A DNA stretch of 64,000 nucleotides from contig CAZMBN010000003.1 in the NCBI GenBank assembly GCA_964564825.1, positions 12,052 to 76,051 of the forward strand, written 5' to 3'. Shown here piece by piece: positions 50,725-59,602 of this stretch. How positions within the stretch are numbered: the first letter of the stretch is position 1; each line of letters starts with the position of its first letter. This stretch comes from an uncultured Opitutales bacterium. Lineage in GTDB: Bacteria; Verrucomicrobiota; Verrucomicrobiia; Opitutales; Intestinicryptomonadaceae. Made by a program: the position numbers and the translations under genes. Below the pieces are notes generated by a model. That model saw only the letters and a list, made by a program, of their open reading frames with translations. It was not told where the DNA came from and did not search any database.

Positions 50725-51276
50725 CTAACCATTATACGAAGGTGAATCGAAGTCGTCGCCGCCCGCGGGGGAGGAATCGGCGGGACGGGGGGTTAATTCG
50801 CCGGCGGCGTCCATCGCCTCGAGTTTTTCCACGAATTTTTCCGCTTCCTCCGCGGCTATTCTGCCGAAAAGCCTGTCGTTCACCTGGACGGACGGACCGT
50901 TCGCGCAATTTCCCAAACATTCGACGAACTCCAGGGTGTACACCCCTTTTGTGGAACCTATCGGACATCCCGTTTTTTTGGAAATCGCGTGCGCCAATTT
51001 TACGGAGCCGAGCATCGCGCAGGATAGGGTGCGGCAGACCTTTATATGCACCCTTCCGCGGGGGCTTGTCGAATACATGGGGTAAAAGGAGAGCATGCCG
51101 TATACGTCTATGGGTTCAATCCCAAGCTTTTTCGCCGCGTAGCGTACGGCGTCGTCGTCGAAATATCCGTTGGTCTCCTGTATGGCGTGCATTATCATCA
51201 TCGCCGCGGATTTCTTCCTCGGGTATTGCGATACCAAAGCGTCGCATTTCCTGTCAAGTTCGGTGGTTATTTCCAT
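50725..51276 (-). CDS. nuoE: NADH-quinone oxidoreductase subunit E
   Basis: 183 aa. 2Fe-2S cysteines in VCRTLSCAMLG and ECLGNCANGP. Confidence 0.93.
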   Translation of the reverse strand: MEITTELDRKCDALVSQYPRKKSAAMMIMHAIQETNGYFDDDAVRYAAKKLGIEPIDVYGMLSFYPMYSTSPRGRVHIKVCRTLSCAMLGSVKLAHAISKKTGCPIGSTKGVYTLEFVECLGNCANGPSVQVNDRLFGRIAAEEAEKFVEKLEAMDAAGELTPRPADSSPAGGDDFDSPSYNG

Positions 51277-51294
51277 TGTTTTTCCCTGCCGGTT

Positions 51295-52515
51295 TCATCT
51301 GTCGCACTCGCCGAGAACAAAATCGAACGACCCCAGTATTACGGCGACATCGCTCATATGGTGTCCTGGAAGCAACTCCTGCATGGCGCTCAAACTTGCG
51401 AAGGACGGCGCGCGTATTTTCACCCTGTACGGAACCCCGCCGCCTTTCGACACTATGTAAAAGCCCAGGGCGCCCTTCGGATTGTCCGCCTCGAAATACG
51501 CGTCCCCCTCTGGGATATACGGACCCTGCGTGGTCAATACGAAGTTGTTTATAAGATCCTCCATATTGCGCAAAACTCCGTCCTTCGGCGGAAGAGTTAT
51601 CTTCGGATCCCGGATATTTACAGGTCCGTCGGGCATTTTTTCTATCGCCTGCCGGATTATCCTGGCGCTCTGCCGCATTTCCTCTATGCGGACGAGCCAT
51701 CTGTCGTAGCAGTCGCCGTGTTCGCCCACGGGAACGTCGAAATCGTAGTCTTCGTATCCCAGATAGGGGACGTCCTTACGAAGATCGCTGGCCACTCCGC
51801 TGGCACGCAAATTCGCCCCGGTCAACCCCCACTGCATGGCCGTCTTCCCGTCTACTATCCCTATGCCGGCGGCCCTGTCCACGAATATCTTGTTGCGCGT
51901 TATCAACGCGTCTATCTCGTCCAACGCCGGCAAAAAACGGTTGAGAAAGGTGTTGACGTTCCCCAGCCAGCCTTCCGGCATGTCCCTAAGCAACCCCCCT
52001 ATGCGCGGATACGAATTTGTAAGGCGCGCGCCCGTCAGCTCCTCGAACAACGTCATAACTTTCTCGCGCTGGTTGTAGCAGTACATGAATACGGTCCATG
52101 AACCGGCATCCATTCCGTAGGCCGCCAATCCGACCAAATGGCTCGATATCCTGGACAATTCGATGCAGATCACCCTTATAGCCTTGCATCTCGGGGTGAT
52201 TTCTATGCCGGCAAGCTTCTCCACGCATTGCGAAAAAGCCATGTTGTTCGCCATGGGGGCCAGATAGTCCAGCCTGTCGGTAAACGGTATGAACTGGTTG
52301 TAGGTCATGTTCTCCGCAAGCTTTTCCTGGCCGCGATGCAACTGTCCCACTATCGGATCCGCACGGAGAACCATGTCGCCGTCAAGCTCCAGTTTCAATC
52401 GCAAAACGCCGTGCGTCGCCGGATGGGAGGGACCGATATTCAGTATCATTTTCTCGCCGGTATGCAGGTCCGCAAGCGAACCGGGTTCTGGATATGTAAA
52501 TTCGCTATCGCACAT
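51295..52515 (-). CDS. nuoD: NADH-quinone oxidoreductase subunit D
   Basis: 406 aa from ATG 52515, 11 nt after the nuoC stop. GPSHPATHGVLRL and LHRGQEKL; C-terminus FDFVLGECDR. Confidence 0.93.
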   Translation of the reverse strand: MCDSEFTYPEPGSLADLHTGEKMILNIGPSHPATHGVLRLKLELDGDMVLRADPIVGQLHRGQEKLAENMTYNQFIPFTDRLDYLAPMANNMAFSQCVEKLAGIEITPRCKAIRVICIELSRISSHLVGLAAYGMDAGSWTVFMYCYNQREKVMTLFEELTGARLTNSYPRIGGLLRDMPEGWLGNVNTFLNRFLPALDEIDALITRNKIFVDRAAGIGIVDGKTAMQWGLTGANLRASGVASDLRKDVPYLGYEDYDFDVPVGEHGDCYDRWLVRIEEMRQSARIIRQAIEKMPDGPVNIRDPKITLPPKDGVLRNMEDLINNFVLTTQGPYIPEGDAYFEADNPKGALGFYIVSKGGGVPYRVKIRAPSFASLSAMQELLPGHHMSDVAVILGSFDFVLGECDR

Positions 52516-52526
52516 AATATATTCCG

Positions 52527-53138
52527 TTACGGATTGCCGTTTCCCTCGCAATTCCCGTCCACGCTGCGCGGTTCGCGTTCCGGACTGAATTTACAGCCGT
52601 GCGACGGCGAGTGGAACGGTCCGCCCTCCTCGGGGGCCGGCGTTATTTTCAGACCCTTGTACCCCTCCTCAAACGAAGGCGGCAAAGGCGCCTCCCTCCC
52701 CGCCAACGGGAAATCTTTCCGCAGGGGATGCCACGGGTAGGAATCCCACATGAGTATTCTTTTCAGCCGGGGATGCCCCTTAAACTTGATTCCCATGAGA
52801 TCGTACGCCTCCCTCTCGAGCCAGTCCGCCGACTTGTATACGGAGAACAACGACGGCAACTCGGGTTCGACCGGATTCTCGCACATGCACACCAACCGCA
52901 AATAACATTTCCGGGTGTGGGAGTAGAAATGGTACACTGCCCCGAAACGGGGACCCGCGGCGTCGGCTCCCATATCTATCGAGGCTATGTCGTTCAACGA
53001 TTGGAACTCGAAATCGTCGCGCAAAAGCCTCGCCGCCTTCGGAAGGTCTCCGCTCCGGCAGTCGTACGCCTCTATCCCGTCGACGGACTTGCGGGGGGTC
53101 AAAAAAGCCATTTCCGCACTAAATTTTTCGGGACTCAT
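52527..53138 (-). CDS. nuoC: NADH-quinone oxidoreductase subunit C
   Basis: 203 aa from ATG 53138, which overlaps the nuoB stop (ATGA). The track ORF over-extends 35 codons into nuoB. Confidence 0.9.
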   Translation of the reverse strand: MSPEKFSAEMAFLTPRKSVDGIEAYDCRSGDLPKAARLLRDDFEFQSLNDIASIDMGADAAGPRFGAVYHFYSHTRKCYLRLVCMCENPVEPELPSLFSVYKSADWLEREAYDLMGIKFKGHPRLKRILMWDSYPWHPLRKDFPLAGREAPLPPSFEEGYKGLKITPAPEEGGPFHSPSHGCKFSPEREPRSVDGNCEGNGNP

Positions 53139-53653
53139 ACCGTTTGTTTCCTCGAGAACAGATTCTTCGTCGAACGCTCCGTTCTTATTTTTTCCTGAAG
53201 TCGGACGAGGGCGTCGAGCAGCGCCTCGGGACGCGTCGGACAACCAGCTACATATACGTCGACGGGGATTATTTTATCCACGCCCTGAAGCACCGAATAC
53301 GTCCTGAACATTCCGCCGGAGGATGCGCACGCGCCCATGGCTACCACCCACTTCGGCGCCGCCATCTGTTCGTAAACCCTCCGCACCGAACCCGCCATTT
53401 TGTACGTTACCGTACCGGATACAATCATACAGTCGCTCTGGCGGGGGGAAAATCTCATAACTTCGGATCCGAAACGGCCTATATCGAACCGCGATCCCCC
53501 CACCGCCATCAGTTCTATGGCGCAGCACGCCAAGCCCATGGGCTGGGGCCATACGGAGTTGGATCTGACCCAATTTATAACGGAGTCGAGCCGGGTATAT
53601 ATAAACCCCTGTTCGTTTACAATCCCGATCCCCTCCTTTTTACAAGTATCCAT
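53135..53653 (-). CDS. nuoB: NADH-quinone oxidoreductase subunit B
   Basis: N2-cluster cysteines in [16 protein letters not shown] and AGCPTRPE. I prefer ATG 53653 (172 aa). The track start 53767 is a TTG adding 38 non-conserved residues. Confidence 0.88.
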   Translation of the reverse strand: MDTCKKEGIGIVNEQGFIYTRLDSVINWVRSNSVWPQPMGLACCAIELMAVGGSRFDIGRFGSEVMRFSPRQSDCMIVSGTVTYKMAGSVRRVYEQMAAPKWVVAMGACASSGGMFRTYSVLQGVDKIIPVDVYVAGCPTRPEALLDALVRLQEKIRTERSTKNLFSRKQTV

Positions 53654-53813
53654 AAATAAGAAGCGGGCACCGTTTAATCCGAAAACACGCAAAAACTCAA
53701 TACATTTTTCGACAGACGCGTACGGGTCCCCGGGGGGATTTTTGTCCCCGCCCGCAAATCCCCGCAAAAAATGATAGACTTGCCGGCGAAGACGCCAATA
53801 CTATTGCACCACC

Positions 53814-55859
53814 ATGGATTCCGGAGTCTTGCTCGACATAGTCGTATTCGCGGCGTTTCTGCTTACGGTCGTCCTTGTGGGGCTGGTCAAAAGCCACGGG
53901 GGGAAAGGCAGCGAGGGGTACTTCCTGGCCGGACGGGGCCTCTCGTGGTGGCTTATCGGGCTTTCCCTCATAGCGGCAAACATATCGACGGAACAGTTTG
54001 TGGGAATGAGCGGCGGAGCCTCTGGACTTTCGGGATTCGCAATCGCAAGCTACGAATGGATGGCAGCCATCACCCTCGTCTTTGTGGCATTTTTCTTTCT
54101 GCCCGTATTTCTCAGGAGCGGAGTTTACACAGTGCCACAGTTCCTCGAATACAGGTTCGACGCCCTTTCGAGAACGGTCATGTCCCTAATGATGGTGGTT
54201 GTCCTTGTCTGCGTCAATACGGCGGCCGTCATATATTCCGCCGCAACCGTGGCCGATACGGTGTTCGCTTCCTCCCAGAATATACCGTTCAAGATAAATA
54301 CCGCGGCCGCCTGTTGGACCATAGGCGTCATTGCGGCGTTTTACGTATGCATGGGAGGACTCAAGGCCTGCGCATGGGTCGACCTCCTACAGGGCAGCGC
54401 CCTGATTATCGGGGGCGGACTCATCGCATACTTCTCGTTCGAGGCGTTCTCCGTAAAACCCGTGTCGGAGATATCCACGACCATCGACTTTTCCAAGGAC
54501 GAACTTGCGAAAATTGCGAATTCGGGGCTCATTGAAAGATTTTTCGAGTTGAATTCCAACAAACTGACATTGTTCCTGCCCGCCGACCACCCGGAATTGC
54601 CGTGGACAACCCTGGTCGTCGGCATGTGGATACCCCATTTCTACTACTGGGGGTTCAACCAATACATAGTCCAGAAGACGCTGGGGGCTTCAAGCCTCGC
54701 CGAGGGGCAAAAGGGGATTATGCTTGCGGCATGGCTGAAGGTATTGACCCCCTTCATAATCGTCATCCCGGGCATTATGGCATTCAATCTGTTCGCGCCG
54801 GAACAACGGGATGCGGCGGAAGGGGACCAGAAAATCGCGTCCACGAACGCCAAGGCGTTCTCCCCGGTGTATTTCGACTGGCTCGACAAGTCGAAACAGC
54901 GGTTTGATCCGGACCGGGTCGCAAGGATATTCACCTACAGCACGGGGGAAAAGGATTCGAACGGCGCTTTGGTGAAAAAGCCGATATTCACGTCGGACGA
55001 ACTAACCGGACTCCATGCGGACTACGAAAGGGCGAAGAAATCCGGCGAACTAGGGAAAATTACGTTCAACTACGACAAGGGCTGGGCGCAATCGAACTCG
55101 GGAACCGTACCGGGCGATAGGTACAGCCCGAAGTACCTGGTGGACCAGTGGAACGCTAAAAACGCCGCTTCGGCGGATCCCTCGTTTGCAAAAGCCCTAT
55201 ACGGGTACAAGTACGACTCCGCGTTCGGATTGCTCATTAGCAAAGTCCTACCCGAAGGTTTCGGTCTGCGGGGATTTATAATCGCCGCGCTCCTCGGCGC
55301 CGTGGTGAGTTCCCTTGCGGCGATGCTAAACGCGGCGTCCACGATATTCACAATAGATATTTACAAAAAATTCCTGCACCCGTCGGCGACAGAAAAAATC
55401 CAAGTTGCGGTCGGCAGGATTTCCGTCTTGGTCTTTGCCGCGGTGGGATGCATCGTGGCTCCGATGCTTGCCAACCCGAGATTCGGAGGCATATTCATCT
55501 ACATACAGGAATTCCAAGGATATCTCTCTCCTGGAATATTGGCGGTGTTCGTGTTCGGGATGTTCTCGAAAAGGGCGCCCAGATTCGCGGGGGCGCTGGG
55601 GATAATTACGGGTCCCATAGTATACGGACTACTCCAATACTTCTGCGGCGATATAGCGTTCATGAACAGGATAGCCATTACGTTCGCGTGCTCCTTGGCG
55701 GTTATGTTCCTGCTGACGTTCCTCAAGCCTCTAAAAAGGGACATCGTGCTGCCCGTAAACGGAAATATGGACCTGCGGTCCTCTAGGGGGGCTAAAATCG
55801 CCGGAACGGCGGTTATAACCTTAATGGCGGTGTTTTACACATCGGAATTTTGGCTCTAA
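53814..55859 (+). CDS. Sodium:solute symporter (SSS/SGLT-like) with large hydrophilic insertion
   Basis: 681 aa. N-terminal YFLAGRGLSWW motif; polytopic. A ~140-aa hydrophilic segment spans residues ~329-468. Confidence 0.9.
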   Translation: MDSGVLLDIVVFAAFLLTVVLVGLVKSHGGKGSEGYFLAGRGLSWWLIGLSLIAANISTEQFVGMSGGASGLSGFAIASYEWMAAITLVFVAFFFLPVFLRSGVYTVPQFLEYRFDALSRTVMSLMMVVVLVCVNTAAVIYSAATVADTVFASSQNIPFKINTAAACWTIGVIAAFYVCMGGLKACAWVDLLQGSALIIGGGLIAYFSFEAFSVKPVSEISTTIDFSKDELAKIANSGLIERFFELNSNKLTLFLPADHPELPWTTLVVGMWIPHFYYWGFNQYIVQKTLGASSLAEGQKGIMLAAWLKVLTPFIIVIPGIMAFNLFAPEQRDAAEGDQKIASTNAKAFSPVYFDWLDKSKQRFDPDRVARIFTYSTGEKDSNGALVKKPIFTSDELTGLHADYERAKKSGELGKITFNYDKGWAQSNSGTVPGDRYSPKYLVDQWNAKNAASADPSFAKALYGYKYDSAFGLLISKVLPEGFGLRGFIIAALLGAVVSSLAAMLNAASTIFTIDIYKKFLHPSATEKIQVAVGRISVLVFAAVGCIVAPMLANPRFGGIFIYIQEFQGYLSPGILAVFVFGMFSKRAPRFAGALGIITGPIVYGLLQYFCGDIAFMNRIAITFACSLAVMFLLTFLKPLKRDIVLPVNGNMDLRSSRGAKIAGTAVITLMAVFYTSEFWL

Positions 55860-55882
55860 AAACAACGTGAGAATCAATCCCT

Positions 55883-57034
55883 ATGAAATCCGCCCTATCG
55901 TCGCTTTTTAAAAAATTTTACGCCCGCCCCGCCGAAGTCTTTGCTCAGGCTCCGGGAAGGATAGAGTTCATAGGAAACCACACGGACTACAACGGCGGAT
56001 TCACCATGGGTGTCGCCATCGACAAGGTCGTCATGTGCGCGCTGGCGAAACGTTCCGACAGGAAAATATGTTTCGGCAACGCGGCTACAAGGGAAAAAGT
56101 ATGTCTCGATATCGACGATATCCGCCCGCAACCCAGGAATCTCAATTGGGTGAACTATCCTTTGGGAGTGCTGAAATTTCTGCTCGAAGACGGGATGGCC
56201 GCGGATTACGGCTTCGACATGTTGGATATGAGTACGCTCCCGTCCGGCGCCGGATTGAGCTCCTCAGCAGCCATCGAGCTCTCAAGCGGCTTCGCCATGA
56301 CGAAGCTTTACGGATACGACACCGGGCTGAAAAACATGGTTAGGATAGGTCGGAAGGGCGAAAACCTCTTCGTAGGAATGCCCTGCGGCATTCTCGACCA
56401 GGGGGTGTCGGGTTTCGGCAAGGCGGATTCCATAGTTTTCATAGACTGCCTTACGGAAGAATTTTCAAACCTGCCGCTACCCCGTTCGTGCCGCTTCTGG
56501 TTGTTTAATTCCACCGAGAAACACGCACTTGTCGACGGACTCTACGCCCAACGCCATAAAGAATGCCTTGAGGCGGCAAAAATCCTGTCGGGCGGAGGCA
56601 AATTGAAGTTTCTGAGGGAATTTTCAATCGACGACTTAAACGCCGTCAGGGGCAAAATGGACGAAAACATCTATAAACGAGCGAAGCACGTCGTCGAAGA
56701 GAATATGCGCGTTCTAAAGGCAAGGGAACTGCTCGCCCTCGGCGATTTGACGGGCGTGGGAAAACTGTTGAAGGCGTCCCACGACAGTTCGAAAAACCTG
56801 TTCGAAAACTCCTGCGAGGTGCTCGATTTCCTTGTGGACACCGCATGCGGCTACGACGGCGTCTACGGCGCCAGGCTCAGCGGCGGGGGTTTCGGAGGCG
56901 CCGTAATGGCGTTGACCGGCGACGACTTCCCGCGTGAGCAGGCGGACGAAATCGCGTCGATATACGAAAAGAAATTCGGGAAACGGCCGGCGGTGTTTTC
57001 CTGCCGTTCGGGCGACGGCGCAAAATGCGTTTGA
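55883..57034 (+). CDS. galK: GHMP sugar kinase, galactokinase-type with divergent signature
   Basis: 383 aa. APGRIEFIGNHTDYNGG, PSGAGLSSSAA and LSGGGFGGAVMAL. Sugar specificity is uncertain (see findings). Confidence 0.85.
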   Translation: MKSALSSLFKKFYARPAEVFAQAPGRIEFIGNHTDYNGGFTMGVAIDKVVMCALAKRSDRKICFGNAATREKVCLDIDDIRPQPRNLNWVNYPLGVLKFLLEDGMAADYGFDMLDMSTLPSGAGLSSSAAIELSSGFAMTKLYGYDTGLKNMVRIGRKGENLFVGMPCGILDQGVSGFGKADSIVFIDCLTEEFSNLPLPRSCRFWLFNSTEKHALVDGLYAQRHKECLEAAKILSGGGKLKFLREFSIDDLNAVRGKMDENIYKRAKHVVEENMRVLKARELLALGDLTGVGKLLKASHDSSKNLFENSCEVLDFLVDTACGYDGVYGARLSGGGFGGAVMALTGDDFPREQADEIASIYEKKFGKRPAVFSCRSGDGAKCV

Positions 57035-57038
57035 TCCG

Positions 57039-57071
57039 CCCCCCCTTCCCGACGGTACGGGATCCGGGGGG
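57039..57071 (+). other. GC-rich intercistronic hairpin between galK and galE
   Basis: CCCCCCC-TT-CCCG-acggta-CGGG-ATCC-GGGGGG, starting 5 nt after the galK stop. It is followed by an A-run, not a U-run. Confidence 0.4.
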
Positions 57072-57156
57072 AGCGAGCGGAAAAAAATCGTTGACTATGA
57101 AAAACGCCGACTTTAACTGCCGCCTTGCGGTATAAAAAATTTTCGATGGGAAACTT

Positions 57157-58146
57157 ATGAACGTGTTGGTAATCGGCGGCGCCGGATATATAGGAAGCCA
57201 CTGCGTCAGGCAACTGATAGGGGCGGGGCACACCCCCGTCGTTCTGGACAATCTCGTCTACGGACATAGGGGTGCGCTTAGAAGAGGCGTTAAATTCTAC
57301 CTCGGCAACCTGGAAGATAAAAATTTTGTGGGTGGCGTGCTCGACGGGGAAAGAATAGACGTCGTTATGCATTTTGCGGCCTACATCAACGTGGGAGAAT
57401 CCGTCTCCAATCCGATAAAGTACTATCGCAACAATTTTTCTGGCGTTGTGAACCTGGTCGAGACAATGTTGGAGCACGGGGTAAAAAAATTCGTGTTCTC
57501 GTCGACTTGCGCTACTTTCGGGATTCCCAAAACGCTGCCGCTTGTCGAAGATCTACCCCAACTTCCGATAAACCCCTACGGGCAAACAAAGCTCGACGTG
57601 GAAAACTTTCTGAAGGCGTGCGCGCACGCCTATGGGTTGAGTTTCGTGGCCCTCCGCTACTTCAACGCTTCGGGGGCCGCGGAAGACGGGACGATAGGCG
57701 AAGACCACAAGCCCGAAACGCACATCATTCCCCTCACGATATTCGCCGCCATGGGGAAACGCGCCGCAATAAACGTATTCGGCACCGACTACGACACCCC
57801 CGACGGGACATGCCTGCGCGACTACGTCCATGTGGACGACCTTTGCCGGGCCCACATATTGGCGTTCAAAAACCTTGAAATTCCCGGAAGCGCGTCCTTC
57901 TACAATCTTGGGACCGGAACGCCCAACTCTGTTAGGGAGATAATTTCGGGGGTCGAGGACGTCAGTGGATTGAAAGTTCCGGTGGAGTTCGGACCGCGCA
58001 GACCCGGAGACCCCGACGCGCTTTACGCCGACTCGTCGAAGGCGAAAAACGAACTCGGTTGGAAGATAAAATTCACCGACGTCCGGGAAATCATAGAAAG
58101 CGCGTGGCGCTGGCACAAAAGCAACCCCCACGGGTTTAAGGAATAG
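57157..58146 (+). CDS. galE: UDP-glucose (possibly UDP-hexose/HexNAc) 4-epimerase
   Basis: 329 aa. VIGGAGYIGSH, and the catalytic YGQTK (YxxxK). Confidence 0.93.
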   Translation: MNVLVIGGAGYIGSHCVRQLIGAGHTPVVLDNLVYGHRGALRRGVKFYLGNLEDKNFVGGVLDGERIDVVMHFAAYINVGESVSNPIKYYRNNFSGVVNLVETMLEHGVKKFVFSSTCATFGIPKTLPLVEDLPQLPINPYGQTKLDVENFLKACAHAYGLSFVALRYFNASGAAEDGTIGEDHKPETHIIPLTIFAAMGKRAAINVFGTDYDTPDGTCLRDYVHVDDLCRAHILAFKNLEIPGSASFYNLGTGTPNSVREIISGVEDVSGLKVPVEFGPRRPGDPDALYADSSKAKNELGWKIKFTDVREIIESAWRWHKSNPHGFKE

Positions 58147-58148
58147 CA

Positions 58149-59570
58149 ATGGACTTATTGGAACGCTTCGAACAAGCCGGACAGGGACACGTTTTTAAAT
58201 TCTTCGACAAACTCGACAAATCCGGACAATCGGAACTCGTAAAACAGCTTGAACAGGTGGATCTCCCCCTGCTTGGGCGCTTAAACAACGAGCTCGTATT
58301 CCGCGCCCCGGGGGAAACCCCCTCCAGGGATTTTTCCAAGTTGAAACCCGCCCCGTACCGGGTCCTTCCCGCCGATAAGGACTCCGTCCCCGCATGGGTG
58401 GAGGCGAAAGATATTGGGGAAAAAGCCCTAACGGACGGTAGGGTCGCGGTATTCCTCGTGGCGGGGGGTCAGGGCACGCGCCTCGGTTTCAACGCGCCGA
58501 AAGGTTGCTACAAAATTACGCCGGTGAAGCGGAAAAGTCTGTTCCAGGTTTTCGCCGAGAAAATATTGTCGGCTTCCCGAAAGTACGGCGCGCGGATACC
58601 GTGGTTAATAATGACGAGTCCGATTAACGACGCCGATACAAAGCGGTTTTTTTCGGAAAATTCGTTTTTCGGACTCGATAAAAACGACGTAATATTCTTT
58701 TCCCAGGGATTAATGCCGGCCGTCGACAGGAACGGCAAGATTATCCTCGAGTCGAAAGGAAGGATAGCGATGACCCCCGACGGACACGGAGGCAGTCTGC
58801 GCGCCATGTGCGCTTCGGGGGCGGTCGACGAACTCAAGAGGCGCGGCATAGACTGTATCGGATATTTCCAAGTGGACAATCCGCTTGTCGATATTGTCGA
58901 CCCGTATTTCTTCGGATTCCATATCATGGGAAAATCCGAAATGTCGTCGAAAATGATACCCAAGGCGTACCCCCTTGAAAAGGTCGGGCATTTTTGCGTC
59001 TCCGACGGTAAACTCTCGGTCGTCGAGTACTCCGACATGCCCGTACAATACCAGCAGAAACTCGACGAAAACGGCAAACTCGAGTTTATAGCCGGAAGTG
59101 TGGCAATCCATATACTAGACAGGAATTTCGTGGAAAGACTCGGCTGCAAGAATTCCGAATTGCACCTTCCCTTCCACCGTTCGGATAAAAAAATACCCTA
59201 CGCTGACGAAAACGGCGATACCGTGGCACCCGACGCGCCGAACGGAATAAAATTCGAGATGTTCGTTTTCGACGCCCTGCCCATGGCGAAGTCCCCCGTA
59301 ATAATCGAAGGTTTCCGCGGCGACGAATTTTCCCCGGTGAAAAACGCCGAAGGAATGGACTCGCCCGAAACCTGCCGCAACGACCAAAAAAAACAATTCG
59401 CCAGGTGGTTTAAAAGTGCCGGAATAAACGTCCCACTGGATACCGGAGGAACCCCCCTGTGGGATATCGAGGTTTCCCCGTTGTTCGCCTCGAACGAAAG
59501 GGATTTTGTCGAGAGGTGGACCAAACTGGACCCCAAGCCGGAAGTTTGCAACAATTTGTACTTGTCGTAG
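58149..59570 (+). CDS. Eukaryote-type UDP-sugar pyrophosphorylase (UAP1/AGX-like UDP-N-acetylhexosamine pyrophosphorylase family)
   Basis: 473 aa. LVAGGQGTRLGFNAPKGCY glycine-rich loop and MTPDGHGG. The start is 2 nt after the galE stop. Confidence 0.88.
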   Translation: MDLLERFEQAGQGHVFKFFDKLDKSGQSELVKQLEQVDLPLLGRLNNELVFRAPGETPSRDFSKLKPAPYRVLPADKDSVPAWVEAKDIGEKALTDGRVAVFLVAGGQGTRLGFNAPKGCYKITPVKRKSLFQVFAEKILSASRKYGARIPWLIMTSPINDADTKRFFSENSFFGLDKNDVIFFSQGLMPAVDRNGKIILESKGRIAMTPDGHGGSLRAMCASGAVDELKRRGIDCIGYFQVDNPLVDIVDPYFFGFHIMGKSEMSSKMIPKAYPLEKVGHFCVSDGKLSVVEYSDMPVQYQQKLDENGKLEFIAGSVAIHILDRNFVERLGCKNSELHLPFHRSDKKIPYADENGDTVAPDAPNGIKFEMFVFDALPMAKSPVIIEGFRGDEFSPVKNAEGMDSPETCRNDQKKQFARWFKSAGINVPLDTGGTPLWDIEVSPLFASNERDFVERWTKLDPKPEVCNNLYLS

Positions 59571-59602
59571 CCTCCCGATTCGGGCGGCGGCGCAACACGG
59601 AG

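Noticed and set aside
53654-53813. Possible hidden nuoA or small ORF upstream of nuoB.
   Set aside because: No frame on the minus strand gives a hydrophobic ~120-aa product. The only ORFs here (53697-53897, 53801-53983) are hydrophilic, Arg-rich, and overlap the SSS gene.
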